Origin: Tortispora ganteri
Taxonomy: Eukaryota
Assembly: GCA_003707115.1 (NCBI GenBank)
Contig: PPNB01000020.1
Coordinates: 1-64,000, forward strand
Length of the DNA: 64,000 nucleotides
Direction: 5' to 3'
Position numbers and translations under genes: made by a program. This document shows positions 44,141 to 53,944 of this stretch, piece after piece. Position 1 is the stretch's first letter. Each line of letters begins with the position of its first letter. The notes below the pieces were generated by a model. That model was given only the letters and a program-made list of their open reading frames with translations, did no database searches and was not told where the DNA came from.

Positions 44141-44571
44141 AGTGATTGAGTGAAGGAATTAATGAAATTGAAAAAAGGAGTATGGTTAAAAAAAATAGGC
44201 CAAATAACTCTAGCTTACTGATATTCCAGTATTTCGTCGCAAAAAGGCTGGAGTAATAATTGAGGGTTTGGCAAAGGCTCTTGTTAATATAATGCTCTGG
44301 GAAGCAACGTCGCATATGCCGCGCCATGATTTTCAAATAAATTTCTCCTAAATGCAATGCAGATATGGTGCGAAAATTAAAGCACAATCATAATAAAACT
44401 CTCGGAGTAAAACTGCAGCTTGCCCTTTACTTGGGCAGACCCTCGAAACCGCAGCGTGAAAAGGAATAAATGGGACCTGAATGATTCGTTTAACCAGTCA
44501 TGTAACTTATTTTGCAAGTTCGCTATGCAGGGATCAATCGCATGTATTCTGCTTGTTTTAATTCTAACTTA

Positions 44572-45906
44572 TCATAAACCAGATTTGTCGGCAAGGTTTT
44601 GAATTAGTCGAGTGAAATCTATCTTTTCAGCATGTAGCATAAATACGGACTTCATGTTCAAGCTGTCCAAGCTACTGTAGTCCTCACTTTTGTTAAAAAT
44701 GTATTGAACAAGAGAGGAATGATTCACTGCTTCAGAATCTAAAGGGTCTGTCTCTTCAGTTGATTTTGATTCCGGACTGTATGGTATAGTTTTAGCGCTT
44801 TTTAGCATTTGAATTATAATTTCAGGTGCCTCGAGATATCTTAGACGATCTATTAGTATAGTGAGACCAGCTAAAGAGAAGGTTAGAGAATTAATCAGCC
44901 TAGTGCTATCTGATTTTCTCTTTTGTGTCATCCCGTCATATGTGATACCAATAATTGTGTTAGCAAACGCTTCAACAACTGAAGATAAATTGCTTGAATT
45001 ACTAGTTGAGCAATGCTTCAACATTAGACGCGTGATTGCTTTGTATGCTTCCTCTTTAGGTAGTTTAAAAGCTCGAGTGGTACTCTGAAGAACTATCGGG
45101 GTGGATGTGCTTGAAGCCGGGGTTAAAGATAACGGTGTTGATTCGTTCATCATACAATTTGAAGTTTGTTGCATGCCGTTGACTGAAAGGTCCCTTTTTA
45201 TGCTTGCACTTCTAGTGAGCATTGCGCAGGAGTTAGAAGGGTTCGAAGACGAATCTGCTACAGCAGAATGTGCTTTTCGCTTGAAGTTCTTAGAAAGGGT
45301 CGTTATCTCGGAGTTCCACTGCGATCTTGTAACTCTGCGGGTAGCTCTTGAAATTTTTCGCCGCTCAATTTCTAAACTTTTCTTAATTCTAGCAGTAGAT
45401 ACTCTCGTATTATTACTTAGAACTGAGACGCCTAATGTGAGTTTATCGACGTTATTATCTTGAATTGAATAAAAATCGTCCGCAGCAATTGCAGGAAGTT
45501 GCTGTTTTTTTTGGTTAGATATTGTTTGCTGGCGGACTTTTCGTAATTTTTGTAAAATATCTTTCCCTCGTGCAGGTATGTCGTAGAACTTCTCAACTGA
45601 AGGTTTGACAGGGTTCTCTTTCACTTCATTATCCTCTCCGCTACATACAGAAATGCATAGCTCTTCTGAATCGCAATTTTCAGTATTTTCAGTCTTGTTG
45701 AAATTATTCTCCAGGGTTACAGATTTATCTGTACCTTTGATTCGCAGCTGAGTTAGCTTTTCTTGAAAATGAGCGTAGTCAACGGAGCATTTAATGGCGT
45801 CGGCGATGGATTGTATGCGATCTATATCTATATTGTCAACTTCAGCTTGTTTGCCATCAATAGATCTTCTAGGAGTATCTGGCACTAGATGCTCCATGAG
45901 CGCCAT
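44572..45906 (-). CDS. Hypothetical protein (basic, N-terminal TPRR CDK-type site)
   Basis: Long open frame; first ATG at 45906 (MALMEHLVPDTPRRS); no family recognised. Confidence 0.7.
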   Translation of the reverse strand: MALMEHLVPDTPRRSIDGKQAEVDNIDIDRIQSIADAIKCSVDYAHFQEKLTQLRIKGTDKSVTLENNFNKTENTENCDSEELCISVCSGEDNEVKENPVKPSVEKFYDIPARGKDILQKLRKVRQQTISNQKKQQLPAIAADDFYSIQDNNVDKLTLGVSVLSNNTRVSTARIKKSLEIERRKISRATRRVTRSQWNSEITTLSKNFKRKAHSAVADSSSNPSNSCAMLTRSASIKRDLSVNGMQQTSNCMMNESTPLSLTPASSTSTPIVLQSTTRAFKLPKEEAYKAITRLMLKHCSTSNSSNLSSVVEAFANTIIGITYDGMTQKRKSDSTRLINSLTFSLAGLTILIDRLRYLEAPEIIIQMLKSAKTIPYSPESKSTEETDPLDSEAVNHSSLVQYIFNKSEDYSSLDSLNMKSVFMLHAEKIDFTRLIQNLADKSGL

Positions 45907-46203
45907 ACTTCGTGAGTCTCTGGCGACCTCGTGTTTAACTAGGCAGTACTGAAAGTTCACGGGTCCCAAAATGAATGGTGTGGTGTACAGGGGGAGGGGG
46001 CCTCCCACTAACTTTAAATGCAACTGCTTTTCTGATGGTAAATAACAAGGTGCACGAAAACACCGTGTCAAAAATTGGTCTTTTATTTTTTTTAGCAAGT
46101 AAGTAATATATTTTAAGGCATCTAAAATCTGTACTACAGTTTTTTAGCGCGTCAAGATTTTGCAAAGGCTGCTTACGGTATGACTCTGGTTCACTATTTC
46201 ATT

Positions 46204-46214
46204 ACGCGACGCGT
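46204..46214. promoter_or_regulatory. Tandem MCB (MBF) element ACGCGACGCGT
   Basis: Perfect ACGCGT overlapping an ACGCGA, in the divergent promoter between 45906(-) and 46373(+). Confidence 0.5.
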
Positions 46215-46372
46215 TAATAAGGTTTATACAAAGTAACCTAATGCAGTAAATTGATTGATTTACATTCTTCATCCTGAATCTCTACCACCTCCTTGATTTC
46301 GCTCGCTACACATTCTCTGCACTTTTGTAGCATTTTAAGTGATTCATACTGTCATATAAAGTATCCGAAGGA

Positions 46373-49300
46373 ATGTCGTTCTCTCAAAATGCTATTCATA
46401 TAGTTTCTCTTCCTGACGCAATTGTAGAAATAACTACTTCCAAAATACTCCTTCATACATCCTTCACGCCATATGCGATATTAACTGAACAAGATTTCTC
46501 TGTCTCTGAAGACTCTTTTGTTTTGGTTCACAGATCGCGTTTTGCCATATTATCTCCGACTCACGTCTCAATTTGGGATACAGAAAAACAGAAATTGTGT
46601 CAACGCTACGCGTTCGATGTAGACGCTCAGTCCCCAGTGAAGGCTGCTACTTGGGATACGGTCGGTGAAGCTCTCTACGTGGCGACTCCCTCAAGTTTCT
46701 ACTTCGTCGATATCCCTGGATCTTGGAAAAGTAGAGTCCCGTTTCCTAATTCAGGATTGCAAGCTATGGATAGTTGCCCCGCAGATGGTAGCATTCTCGC
46801 GTTGGGCTATCAAAGTGGCAGCCTTGTTGTTGCGAAACTATCTTTGTCAGGCATTCAGGTTTTGCTAAACGTCGAACCAGGCAGTTCACGCTTCAAAAGA
46901 TCCTCTGGGGACTCAGCGGAACTTTCTCTTTTGTCTGCGAAACCTTCGAATCATGAAATATTCTCTCTAGCTTGGCATCCTGCGTCTGTAAGCTTATCCT
47001 CTCAGACACTAGCTGTTGCTCGAGCGGACAAAACTGTTGAGCTCTGGAACGTGAACTGTCAAGACTGGGCAAAGAAGAGACGGTCGCTTATACTCTCTTC
47101 CAGCTCTGTTTCGACAAGGGACATGCTATCCTGGTGTAAAGGTGGCCGTATCGTATATTCAGACTACAAAACAGTGGAAGTGCACCATCTTCTTGAGCAC
47201 GATTTGTCGATTTTATTCCGAGGACAAATAAAGTCTTTATCTCTTTCACCAGATCGCACTCAGATATTTCTGTTGCCTGAAGGGTACTCTACCTTGGTTA
47301 CTTTAGATTCGATAACTCAGGCTCCCCTGTCTCCAAATTCTGAAGCAGAAAACGATATTCCAACAATTCCTTTGGTCTCAAATTCTCCAACTGTGCCTCT
47401 AATAAGGCAACCCGTTCCAAAATCTTTTCAAAAACTAAAACGCAGTGCATCTCCTCATACATATCCACCTAATCAATCGCCGCGCTTTGTCGCTCAGTCA
47501 AACTTTCACCGCCCTTCGATTTCTCAAAAGAGTCCCGTGATCTACAATCATTCTGAGCATGCGATATCTCCTAGACCAAATGGAAGACATCGCTCCTCTT
47601 CTCATTCGGCTCCTAGCCAAAGGCGGCCGAGCAATTCTCACCCGCCTACGCCAAACATCGACTACCCTCCGCCAAGAAGAGCATTGAATTCTAAGGCTCC
47701 ATCCACCCCTCCTGTTCCTGCTATGTTTGCTACAACTGAAAAAGAACCAATTCTGGCTGAAGAGATCGTAGCTCGCAAAGATTCCTTTTCCGACAAGATT
47801 GGAATCACTCCGTTGCCCGATATCGGGTCATTTAAGAAAAGCATTACAATGTCGCGTGAAGATAAAATAGAGGCATTCTACTCTATCTCACGTCAAAATT
47901 CTGAGGCACAAGAGTATGTTCCAGCAGCCATTCTGAAATCCCCTGTTAGCTCCTCTCCTGTTGTGATAGGGGTAGTAGCCGAAGATTTGGATGATTCAGA
48001 CGAGTCAGATCACAGTGATCAGGACCTTAATGACTTTGAGTCGCAGACAGAACCTCTCAGGATTCCACAGCGTCTTGCACAGCATAATGAAATTGAAACT
48101 CCCTTGTCAAGTTCACCGATTGAAATAGGCCTGGCTTATGAGGAACCAGTAACCAGTGATATAGCTGTTGGTATTGTGTCAGACAATAGCCATTCTTCAT
48201 CAATGGCTGAAAGTTCCGAACCAGTTTCTCCTGCTTCTCATTCTTCGAGTATTTATGACCTGGCAATTTCAACTGGACTGGCGATATCATGTGATCCCGA
48301 AGTCGGCCACGAAGAGCGCATGGCTGAGCTGAAAGCAGATACTGCAGCTGTCAGCTTAGAAAGTGAAGAAAGTTTTGATCAACTACTCGAAAATTACCAA
48401 GAAATCAATGCTTCTATAGAAAAAACAAGTCCCGAATCCTTCGATAAAGCTGTCTCGAACAATACAACGCAACTAAGAAATATCGATGATCAGCCTGCAT
48501 TAGCTGCAGTTGAAGACGAGACTGTTGATCTTGCTGCTACGTCATTATTTCCTCAATTATTATCCACACTTCTGAAAGAAATGAATGACCATAAATCCTG
48601 TTTAATTGCTTCAGACTCAAATGTGAATATTGCAACTTATTTCTCTGAAGATACTGACAAATCTAGCGCTTGTTTCGAAATGATAAGACAGATCTGGGCA
48701 GGGTCTTATGATCCTGACAATGCAGACGCTTATTTGAGAACTGAAGTAGACAAAGAGATACTCTCACGATGGGCGATATTTACTGTTGGTCTAAATAAGG
48801 AATCTTTGAGAAATCATACATCAGAGCAAGACATAGTCTTAAAAGCTACCCAGTTATTGAATTGGGAATCCGTCGAAAGTGCCGTGGAATTTCTAGCTTC
48901 AAAAGGTTTGTATTTTGACGCATATTTATTGTGCAAGTTGCGAGGTATTGCCACTATTCCCGTGCTCAAAAATTGGTCACATTCGATAAAGGACAAGAAC
49001 TCAAAGGTTTACAATCTCTGCAGGACGCTTATTGCGAACACTATTGATCAGGATAGAGTGAAACCTCCTAACAGACAAGATTCTTTATTGAGGAAAACTC
49101 GGGTGCCTATAGCTGCTTTGCCCGTTGACCTCCCCTCACAGACTTTAAGTCCGGTCACTTCAAACACATCCGAAAACGTCGAAGACAAAAGTTCTGAATT
49201 ATCTTGCGCTTCTGATGGCTGTGCTTTATCGATTTCCAACACCACTGGATTTGCTGATCACGGCAATGAAACGGAAGAAAAGGCAAAGCAGGACTTTAGA

Positions 49301-49654
49301 CGGTCTCAAGACATGGAAAGATTACCTACTATTTTTGGACATGGAGTCGGATTACCGTCTAATCCTAAATCAATGAAGCCCATGCATAACGCAATTGATC
49401 GTCCATCTGTGGTTGAGATACGAGAGCCAGAACAAGCCAAAGAGGTAAGGGACCAGTTAGATATTGCAGCGGAGATCGCTCAGAAAGAGAGAGGAAAAGT
49501 CGACGACAGCATTAAAGAATATCAGCCTACCAAGAAGATGAGATCAAGATCATTTTCATTTAAACTGCTCAAACACAATAGTCACAAGAAGCATGAAGTT
49601 AAAAATCACGAGAGACCGTTGTCCACGGAAGTGCAAACTGGAATTGCTGTATAG
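46373..49654 (+). CDS. Protein with N-terminal WD40-like beta-propeller, disordered middle and helical C-terminal region
   Basis: Beta-rich repeats ending in W/WD-like motifs (HVSIWD, SLAWHP, TVELWN); Ser/Pro/acidic linker; helical segment AVEFLASKGLYFDAYLLCKL. Confidence 0.7.
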   Translation: MSFSQNAIHIVSLPDAIVEITTSKILLHTSFTPYAILTEQDFSVSEDSFVLVHRSRFAILSPTHVSIWDTEKQKLCQRYAFDVDAQSPVKAATWDTVGEALYVATPSSFYFVDIPGSWKSRVPFPNSGLQAMDSCPADGSILALGYQSGSLVVAKLSLSGIQVLLNVEPGSSRFKRSSGDSAELSLLSAKPSNHEIFSLAWHPASVSLSSQTLAVARADKTVELWNVNCQDWAKKRRSLILSSSSVSTRDMLSWCKGGRIVYSDYKTVEVHHLLEHDLSILFRGQIKSLSLSPDRTQIFLLPEGYSTLVTLDSITQAPLSPNSEAENDIPTIPLVSNSPTVPLIRQPVPKSFQKLKRSASPHTYPPNQSPRFVAQSNFHRPSISQKSPVIYNHSEHAISPRPNGRHRSSSHSAPSQRRPSNSHPPTPNIDYPPPRRALNSKAPSTPPVPAMFATTEKEPILAEEIVARKDSFSDKIGITPLPDIGSFKKSITMSREDKIEAFYSISRQNSEAQEYVPAAILKSPVSSSPVVIGVVAEDLDDSDESDHSDQDLNDFESQTEPLRIPQRLAQHNEIETPLSSSPIEIGLAYEEPVTSDIAVGIVSDNSHSSSMAESSEPVSPASHSSSIYDLAISTGLAISCDPEVGHEERMAELKADTAAVSLESEESFDQLLENYQEINASIEKTSPESFDKAVSNNTTQLRNIDDQPALAAVEDETVDLAATSLFPQLLSTLLKEMNDHKSCLIASDSNVNIATYFSEDTDKSSACFEMIRQIWAGSYDPDNADAYLRTEVDKEILSRWAIFTVGLNKESLRNHTSEQDIVLKATQLLNWESVESAVEFLASKGLYFDAYLLCKLRGIATIPVLKNWSHSIKDKNSKVYNLCRTLIANTIDQDRVKPPNRQDSLLRKTRVPIAALPVDLPSQTLSPVTSNTSENVEDKSSELSCASDGCALSISNTTGFADHGNETEEKAKQDFRRSQDMERLPTIFGHGVGLPSNPKSMKPMHNAIDRPSVVEIREPEQAKEVRDQLDIAAEIAQKERGKVDDSIKEYQPTKKMRSRSFSFKLLKHNSHKKHEVKNHERPLSTEVQTGIAV

Positions 49655-49744
49655 TTTAAGTGATATGAATTTTCAGTAAGCAATTTTATGTCATAATATA
49701 CAATACATAACAATACAGAGTTAGCGCGCAAAGTTGGCAGCAAG

Positions 49745-51658
49745 TTAACGAGATTCTGAAGCAAAAACAGGATCGATCGGTGGATCAATTGTAGATGCAG
49801 TAGAAGCAATGTGGGCCGAGTTGTCATTAGGTGCAGCAGTCGAAGCGGGTTCAGAAGGGTCAGTACGAATATCCGTATTTGAGACAGGTGGTGGCTGTAC
49901 AGAATTAGGGACAATGGCAGGATTAGATACGACAGCAGAGGTAGGAGCAGTATCAGGAATAGGATCAGCAGCGGGAGCTGAGGTATCAATAGGATAAGAA
50001 GCAGCAGAACCGTCAGACTCTGAAGGAATAGACGGTTCCTTAGACATTCGAGAGTTAGTTTCTGAGCCATGATGGACCGCAGAAGATGACGCATGAGAAT
50101 CTGGGTCCGCATTACGTTGCCGCCGTAAGTCTCCAGTAACGGTTTCAAAAAATGGAGGTAAAGGGGCTTTGTTGCGAAGATAGCTCATTTTTATATTCCT
50201 GGCTTTGTCCTTTAACTGTACTTGATTTCTGTCCTTCAAGATCTCTGATTTAGTACCTCCAGGCCCATGAAGTGCCAAAATTTGGCTCCAATGTGGCCCG
50301 CGTACTTCTATCACAGCCGCAACCAAAACGTCTTCTTCCTCTTTAGTCCAGTGTTTCCGAGAACCAGTTCCCAATGCGTAGCGAGATTTAGGACGACGCT
50401 GAGGGGTGTGAGTTCGGGGTAAGCCATTCGGACTTAGTGGAAGAGGGACAGGAGAAGCCATAGTTTCAGTAACAAGACTAGGCTGCTGAAATCCAATGCT
50501 TTCATTATCCAGGTTGGGAGACTGATTCCCAATCATAGGACTATGCGTATTAGGAAAATAAATTGGCATGAGAGGATTGCTTCCTAGAAGGATTTGGAGA
50601 TTTCCAGAAACCATATCTAGTACTATTCGAACAAAGTCCTTCCAAGGATATTTAGTTCGTAACTCTTTTCCAATTGCATCATTTGCGGTATCTTCAGAAA
50701 TGTGTTCTTTAGATGCCTCAGTTTCCAGTAAAGATTTCAGTGCTTCCTTGCGCTTCTGACACTGAGATATAAAATCGGATTCAGCAGAACCGAGGTCTCT
50801 AGAGAAAGACTCGGATAAAGATAGATGTTCAATGCCCATGTGGTCAGGAAATAGTTCATCTAAAAGCGACTCATAATTATCAGGAGTCTGATCTCTAGCG
50901 GCAATGAAAGCTTGTGTTTTAAGCTCGAGATACAATAGACCAAGACGCTTAGTTAGTTTACCTCCATATAAGCCCAAAAAAACGTCGATAAAGCTTTCGT
51001 TTAAATCGAAGAAGCCGATGCGACTTATGCCTAAAACAGCTGCAACAAAAGTAACCAAATTGGCACGCCTAAGAGCAGCGATAAAATTTGGGTCATTCTC
51101 GAATTCGGACTTATCAATTACAAAAAATGCATTGTCATCAGCAGTGAGTAAGCCAATTTTAGCTTGTTCGAAGGTGTCATAAAAGAGCTTAAAGTTGCGG
51201 GCATGACCAAGTTTTTCTGTTTCAGAAGGACGGATCGATAGAGCGACCAAATATACAGCATCCACAAAAGCTCGTTGGCCTATACAGTACAAGAACATTC
51301 TCGCAGAAGTGTCCATGAGTGGGATCAGTTCCGCACGGATCGCTTTGATTCCTCGATAAAGTGGCCCACATGGAGGTACTATGTGACGAGGGTACGGTAA
51401 GTTCACAGGTGCTTGGGTTGATGAAGAGGTTGAATTGCGGTTAAATTGAACTCTTTGAGCATCTTGAATATTTGTAGGGAGTTCTGTTTGCTGAGACGAT
51501 TCTGTCTGGTGTTCGAGATGTTTGTCTGTATTAGCTATAGGATTTCTTAAGAACTGAGATATTTTGTTTAGCTCAGCAGCAGCGACAGAGGAGTTCGTCA
51601 AACCGAATTGAGTTCCTATAAAATCGCCATCAATATTAGAGTAATCTTGAGAAGCCAT
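49745..51658 (-). CDS. TBF1: TTAGGG-repeat binding factor (telobox Myb domain with TRFH-like domain)
   Basis: RRANL.TF, GFFDLNE.F, LYLELKTQAFI (TRFH-like); RKHWTKEEE..GPHWSQILALHGPGG..SEILKDRNQVQLKDKARN (telobox). Confidence 0.93.
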   Translation of the reverse strand: MASQDYSNIDGDFIGTQFGLTNSSVAAAELNKISQFLRNPIANTDKHLEHQTESSQQTELPTNIQDAQRVQFNRNSTSSSTQAPVNLPYPRHIVPPCGPLYRGIKAIRAELIPLMDTSARMFLYCIGQRAFVDAVYLVALSIRPSETEKLGHARNFKLFYDTFEQAKIGLLTADDNAFFVIDKSEFENDPNFIAALRRANLVTFVAAVLGISRIGFFDLNESFIDVFLGLYGGKLTKRLGLLYLELKTQAFIAARDQTPDNYESLLDELFPDHMGIEHLSLSESFSRDLGSAESDFISQCQKRKEALKSLLETEASKEHISEDTANDAIGKELRTKYPWKDFVRIVLDMVSGNLQILLGSNPLMPIYFPNTHSPMIGNQSPNLDNESIGFQQPSLVTETMASPVPLPLSPNGLPRTHTPQRRPKSRYALGTGSRKHWTKEEEDVLVAAVIEVRGPHWSQILALHGPGGTKSEILKDRNQVQLKDKARNIKMSYLRNKAPLPPFFETVTGDLRRQRNADPDSHASSSAVHHGSETNSRMSKEPSIPSESDGSAASYPIDTSAPAADPIPDTAPTSAVVSNPAIVPNSVQPPPVSNTDIRTDPSEPASTAAPNDNSAHIASTASTIDPPIDPVFASESR

Positions 51659-51709
51659 ATATTGCCGATCTTTATAGGTTAGCTTGATTGTTTATGAGGA
51701 AGATTTGTG

Positions 51710-51829
51710 TAGGGTTACACGAGAATTTGGCAGGGTTATGTTGTGAAGAGTAAGAAAATGTAGGGATAGTGTGAGGGCTTGGTGTTTTTTGTGAAGTTGC
51801 ATAGGGTAATGTAGGGTGACAGTAGGGTT
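51710..51829 (+). promoter_or_regulatory. Cluster of seven Tbf1-type (T/C/G)AGGG motifs in the TBF1/VPS24 divergent promoter
   Basis: TAGGGTT 51710, CAGGGTT 51731, TAGGGAT 51761, GAGGGCT 51773, TAGGGTA 51802, TAGGGTG 51812, TAGGGTT 51823; all on the same strand. Confidence 0.7.
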
Positions 51830-51928
51830 TTGGGAGGTGTTGTGTGAACCAAAGATAGGAAAAGGCTGACATTAGAGAGAGTGGAATTCGTATTATAAAC
51901 TGATAATTAAAGTGGAATCATAGTCATA

Positions 51929-52579
51929 ATGCAGGCCATCAAGCGAGCAATTTGGGGACCTGACCCTAAAGAGCAGATGAGGACCTGCCAGTCGCTGTTA
52001 AGGAAGAACCAACGTCAACTTGATAGACACATTCAAGATCTGATGGCGGTTGAGAATAAGACTAAAACGCTTATTAAGCAAGCTGCAAAGAGGAATGATT
52101 TGAGTAGTGCTAAAGTGCTTGCTAAGGAGATGTATCATACACGCAGACAGCGTATGAGGATGACGCGATCTAAAGCGCAACTTCAGAGCATTGGCATGCA
52201 GATGAATGAAGCATTTGGGTTACGAAAGATCCAAGGTACTATGAGAACGTCTACGGATATTATGAAAGATGTTAATCTGCTGATTAAGATTCCGGAGTTA
52301 ACTGGAACTATGCAAATGTTGAGTTCAGAGCTGATGAAAGCAGGGATTATAGATGAAATGGTTACAGACAGTTTAGAGGGCATTGAAGAGGACGATGATA
52401 TGGAGGAAGATGCAGAAGCTGAAATATCTAAAATCCTGGAAGAGGTTACGGCAGGCAAGCTAAAATCTGCTAGCGATACTCCTAAAATTGAAATGCCACA
52501 AGTCAACCAAGAAGAACCGCAGGAAGAGACGGCTGTGCTGGACGACATGCGTGAGCGGTTAAAGGCACTGCAGAGTTAA
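51929..52579 (+). CDS. VPS24: ESCRT-III subunit Vps24
   Basis: IWGPDPKEQMR, SKAQLQSIGMQ, ELMKAGII.EM, C-terminal MIM MRERLKALQS. Confidence 0.96.
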   Translation: MQAIKRAIWGPDPKEQMRTCQSLLRKNQRQLDRHIQDLMAVENKTKTLIKQAAKRNDLSSAKVLAKEMYHTRRQRMRMTRSKAQLQSIGMQMNEAFGLRKIQGTMRTSTDIMKDVNLLIKIPELTGTMQMLSSELMKAGIIDEMVTDSLEGIEEDDDMEEDAEAEISKILEEVTAGKLKSASDTPKIEMPQVNQEEPQEETAVLDDMRERLKALQS

Positions 52580-52680
52580 AAATATCAGCGAGTTTATGGC
52601 ACATTTTTGTGTCATTTTTGCGCGAACTAGTTGTAAATTTTGTCTGAAATACGATGTATTTTGATAAATACTTTGCATCA

Positions 52681-53052
52681 TTACTCTAACATGTCATCGA
52701 TCTCTTTATCGCTTTCGGCATCATAACCTTCTTCGAACTTTTTCTTTATATTTTTAATGACTCTCTTTTGTCTTCTTCTGGCTCCCCTGCCCCATGAAAT
52801 ATTTTCTTCATCTTCATCTTCATCATCATCTGAATCGAAATCTTTTCCTTCTAAAGCAGCTTTGACTTTACGTTCTTCTAGTTCCTTCTGTTCCTTGTCC
52901 ATGATTTGGCGTTGTTGTTTGTCTGCCATCTTCTCAAAGATTTTTTGTAATCTAGGCCTTAGCAAAATGTATCCGCCTACTATTATTAGTATTCTCATCC
53001 AATCTTGAGTACCATATTTCTCAAATGTTGCTGTTATCGCTTCTAATCCCAT
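52681..53052 (-). CDS. PGA2: Pga2-like ER trafficking protein
   Basis: WMRILIIVGGYILLRP TM motif, WG..ARRRQ, acidic C-terminus SDKEIDDMLE. Confidence 0.8.
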   Translation of the reverse strand: MGLEAITATFEKYGTQDWMRILIIVGGYILLRPRLQKIFEKMADKQQRQIMDKEQKELEERKVKAALEGKDFDSDDDEDEDEENISWGRGARRRQKRVIKNIKKKFEEGYDAESDKEIDDMLE

Positions 53053-53253
53053 GATTATACGCTGTTGTTGTCGATGGCGTGAATCGTACTTTGACTCTCG
53101 AGGTGTCCCCAGCGTCCTTCCCGCACTGTACCGTGTAACTAACAGGGGTGGGGTTGGGGCCTTTTGTGCTTTTTTACCTTTTATTTTAAGGCAGTATCTT
53201 GAGCGAACACGACCTGCCTTTCAATTCTTAAATTTATTAATTGCCAATTAACT

Positions 53254-53640
53254 ATGGATGATGCAAGAAAATACCAATTAATGGCTGTGGCTGTATCTAC
53301 GCTATCGTTTGCGCTGTCTGTGCGGGCTGCAAGAATTGCCATTAGGTCTAGAGTGTATACGCCCAAACTATTCGATACCAACCATTGTCCTCCGCCAACG
53401 TTATACCAACTAGACCCTTTCCACGCACTTTCAATTGCGTCTTGCGCTTCAGTATCGGGGTTCGCACTTGCAGCATCGTCAGTTTGTTTACTTGCCGATA
53501 TAAGGTCGATGAAAGATCTCGCTAAGAGGTTTCGGGCAGTGCTCAGTATACCCGAACCCGCCGAGAATGTACAGGTTGATCCTGAAACGCAGGAGATCGA
53601 AAACTACTTGAACTCACTTCTTTCATACAGATCTAAATAG
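53254..53640 (+). CDS. AIM11: Aim11-like mitochondrial membrane protein
   Basis: Two TM segments flanking SR.Y.P..F..NH.PP; DI.S..D...R motif. Confidence 0.75.
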   Translation: MDDARKYQLMAVAVSTLSFALSVRAARIAIRSRVYTPKLFDTNHCPPPTLYQLDPFHALSIASCASVSGFALAASSVCLLADIRSMKDLAKRFRAVLSIPEPAENVQVDPETQEIENYLNSLLSYRSK

Positions 53641-53944
53641 CCCTAAAATTTTCTCTTTAAAATATTACAGCTCTTACAGGTTTATTGAGCCCTACCAACA
53701 GTTGACGATACTGACTACCGTAAATAGCCTTTCTCTGACTAGTCTTCGAAAATGGGACAACGCACCGTGCACACATCACTCTCCACCACCTTCTCCGTTC
53801 GGGTTTCAATAGTTAAACCCGTACATTCTGTTCTAATACCGGATTGCGCGCTTTTAAAGTTAGTTCTGGCATTTTAATTATTTTGCCACGTCATTAAGAG
53901 ACTTCTACCGATTCTCAACTCGCCTTTCAATAGGTGTATATGTT

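Noticed and set aside
49606..50148. 180-aa Leu-rich ORF overlapping the TBF1 3' end
   Set aside because: Alternative-frame reading of the low-complexity Pro/Ala/Ser tail of TBF1; no independent support.
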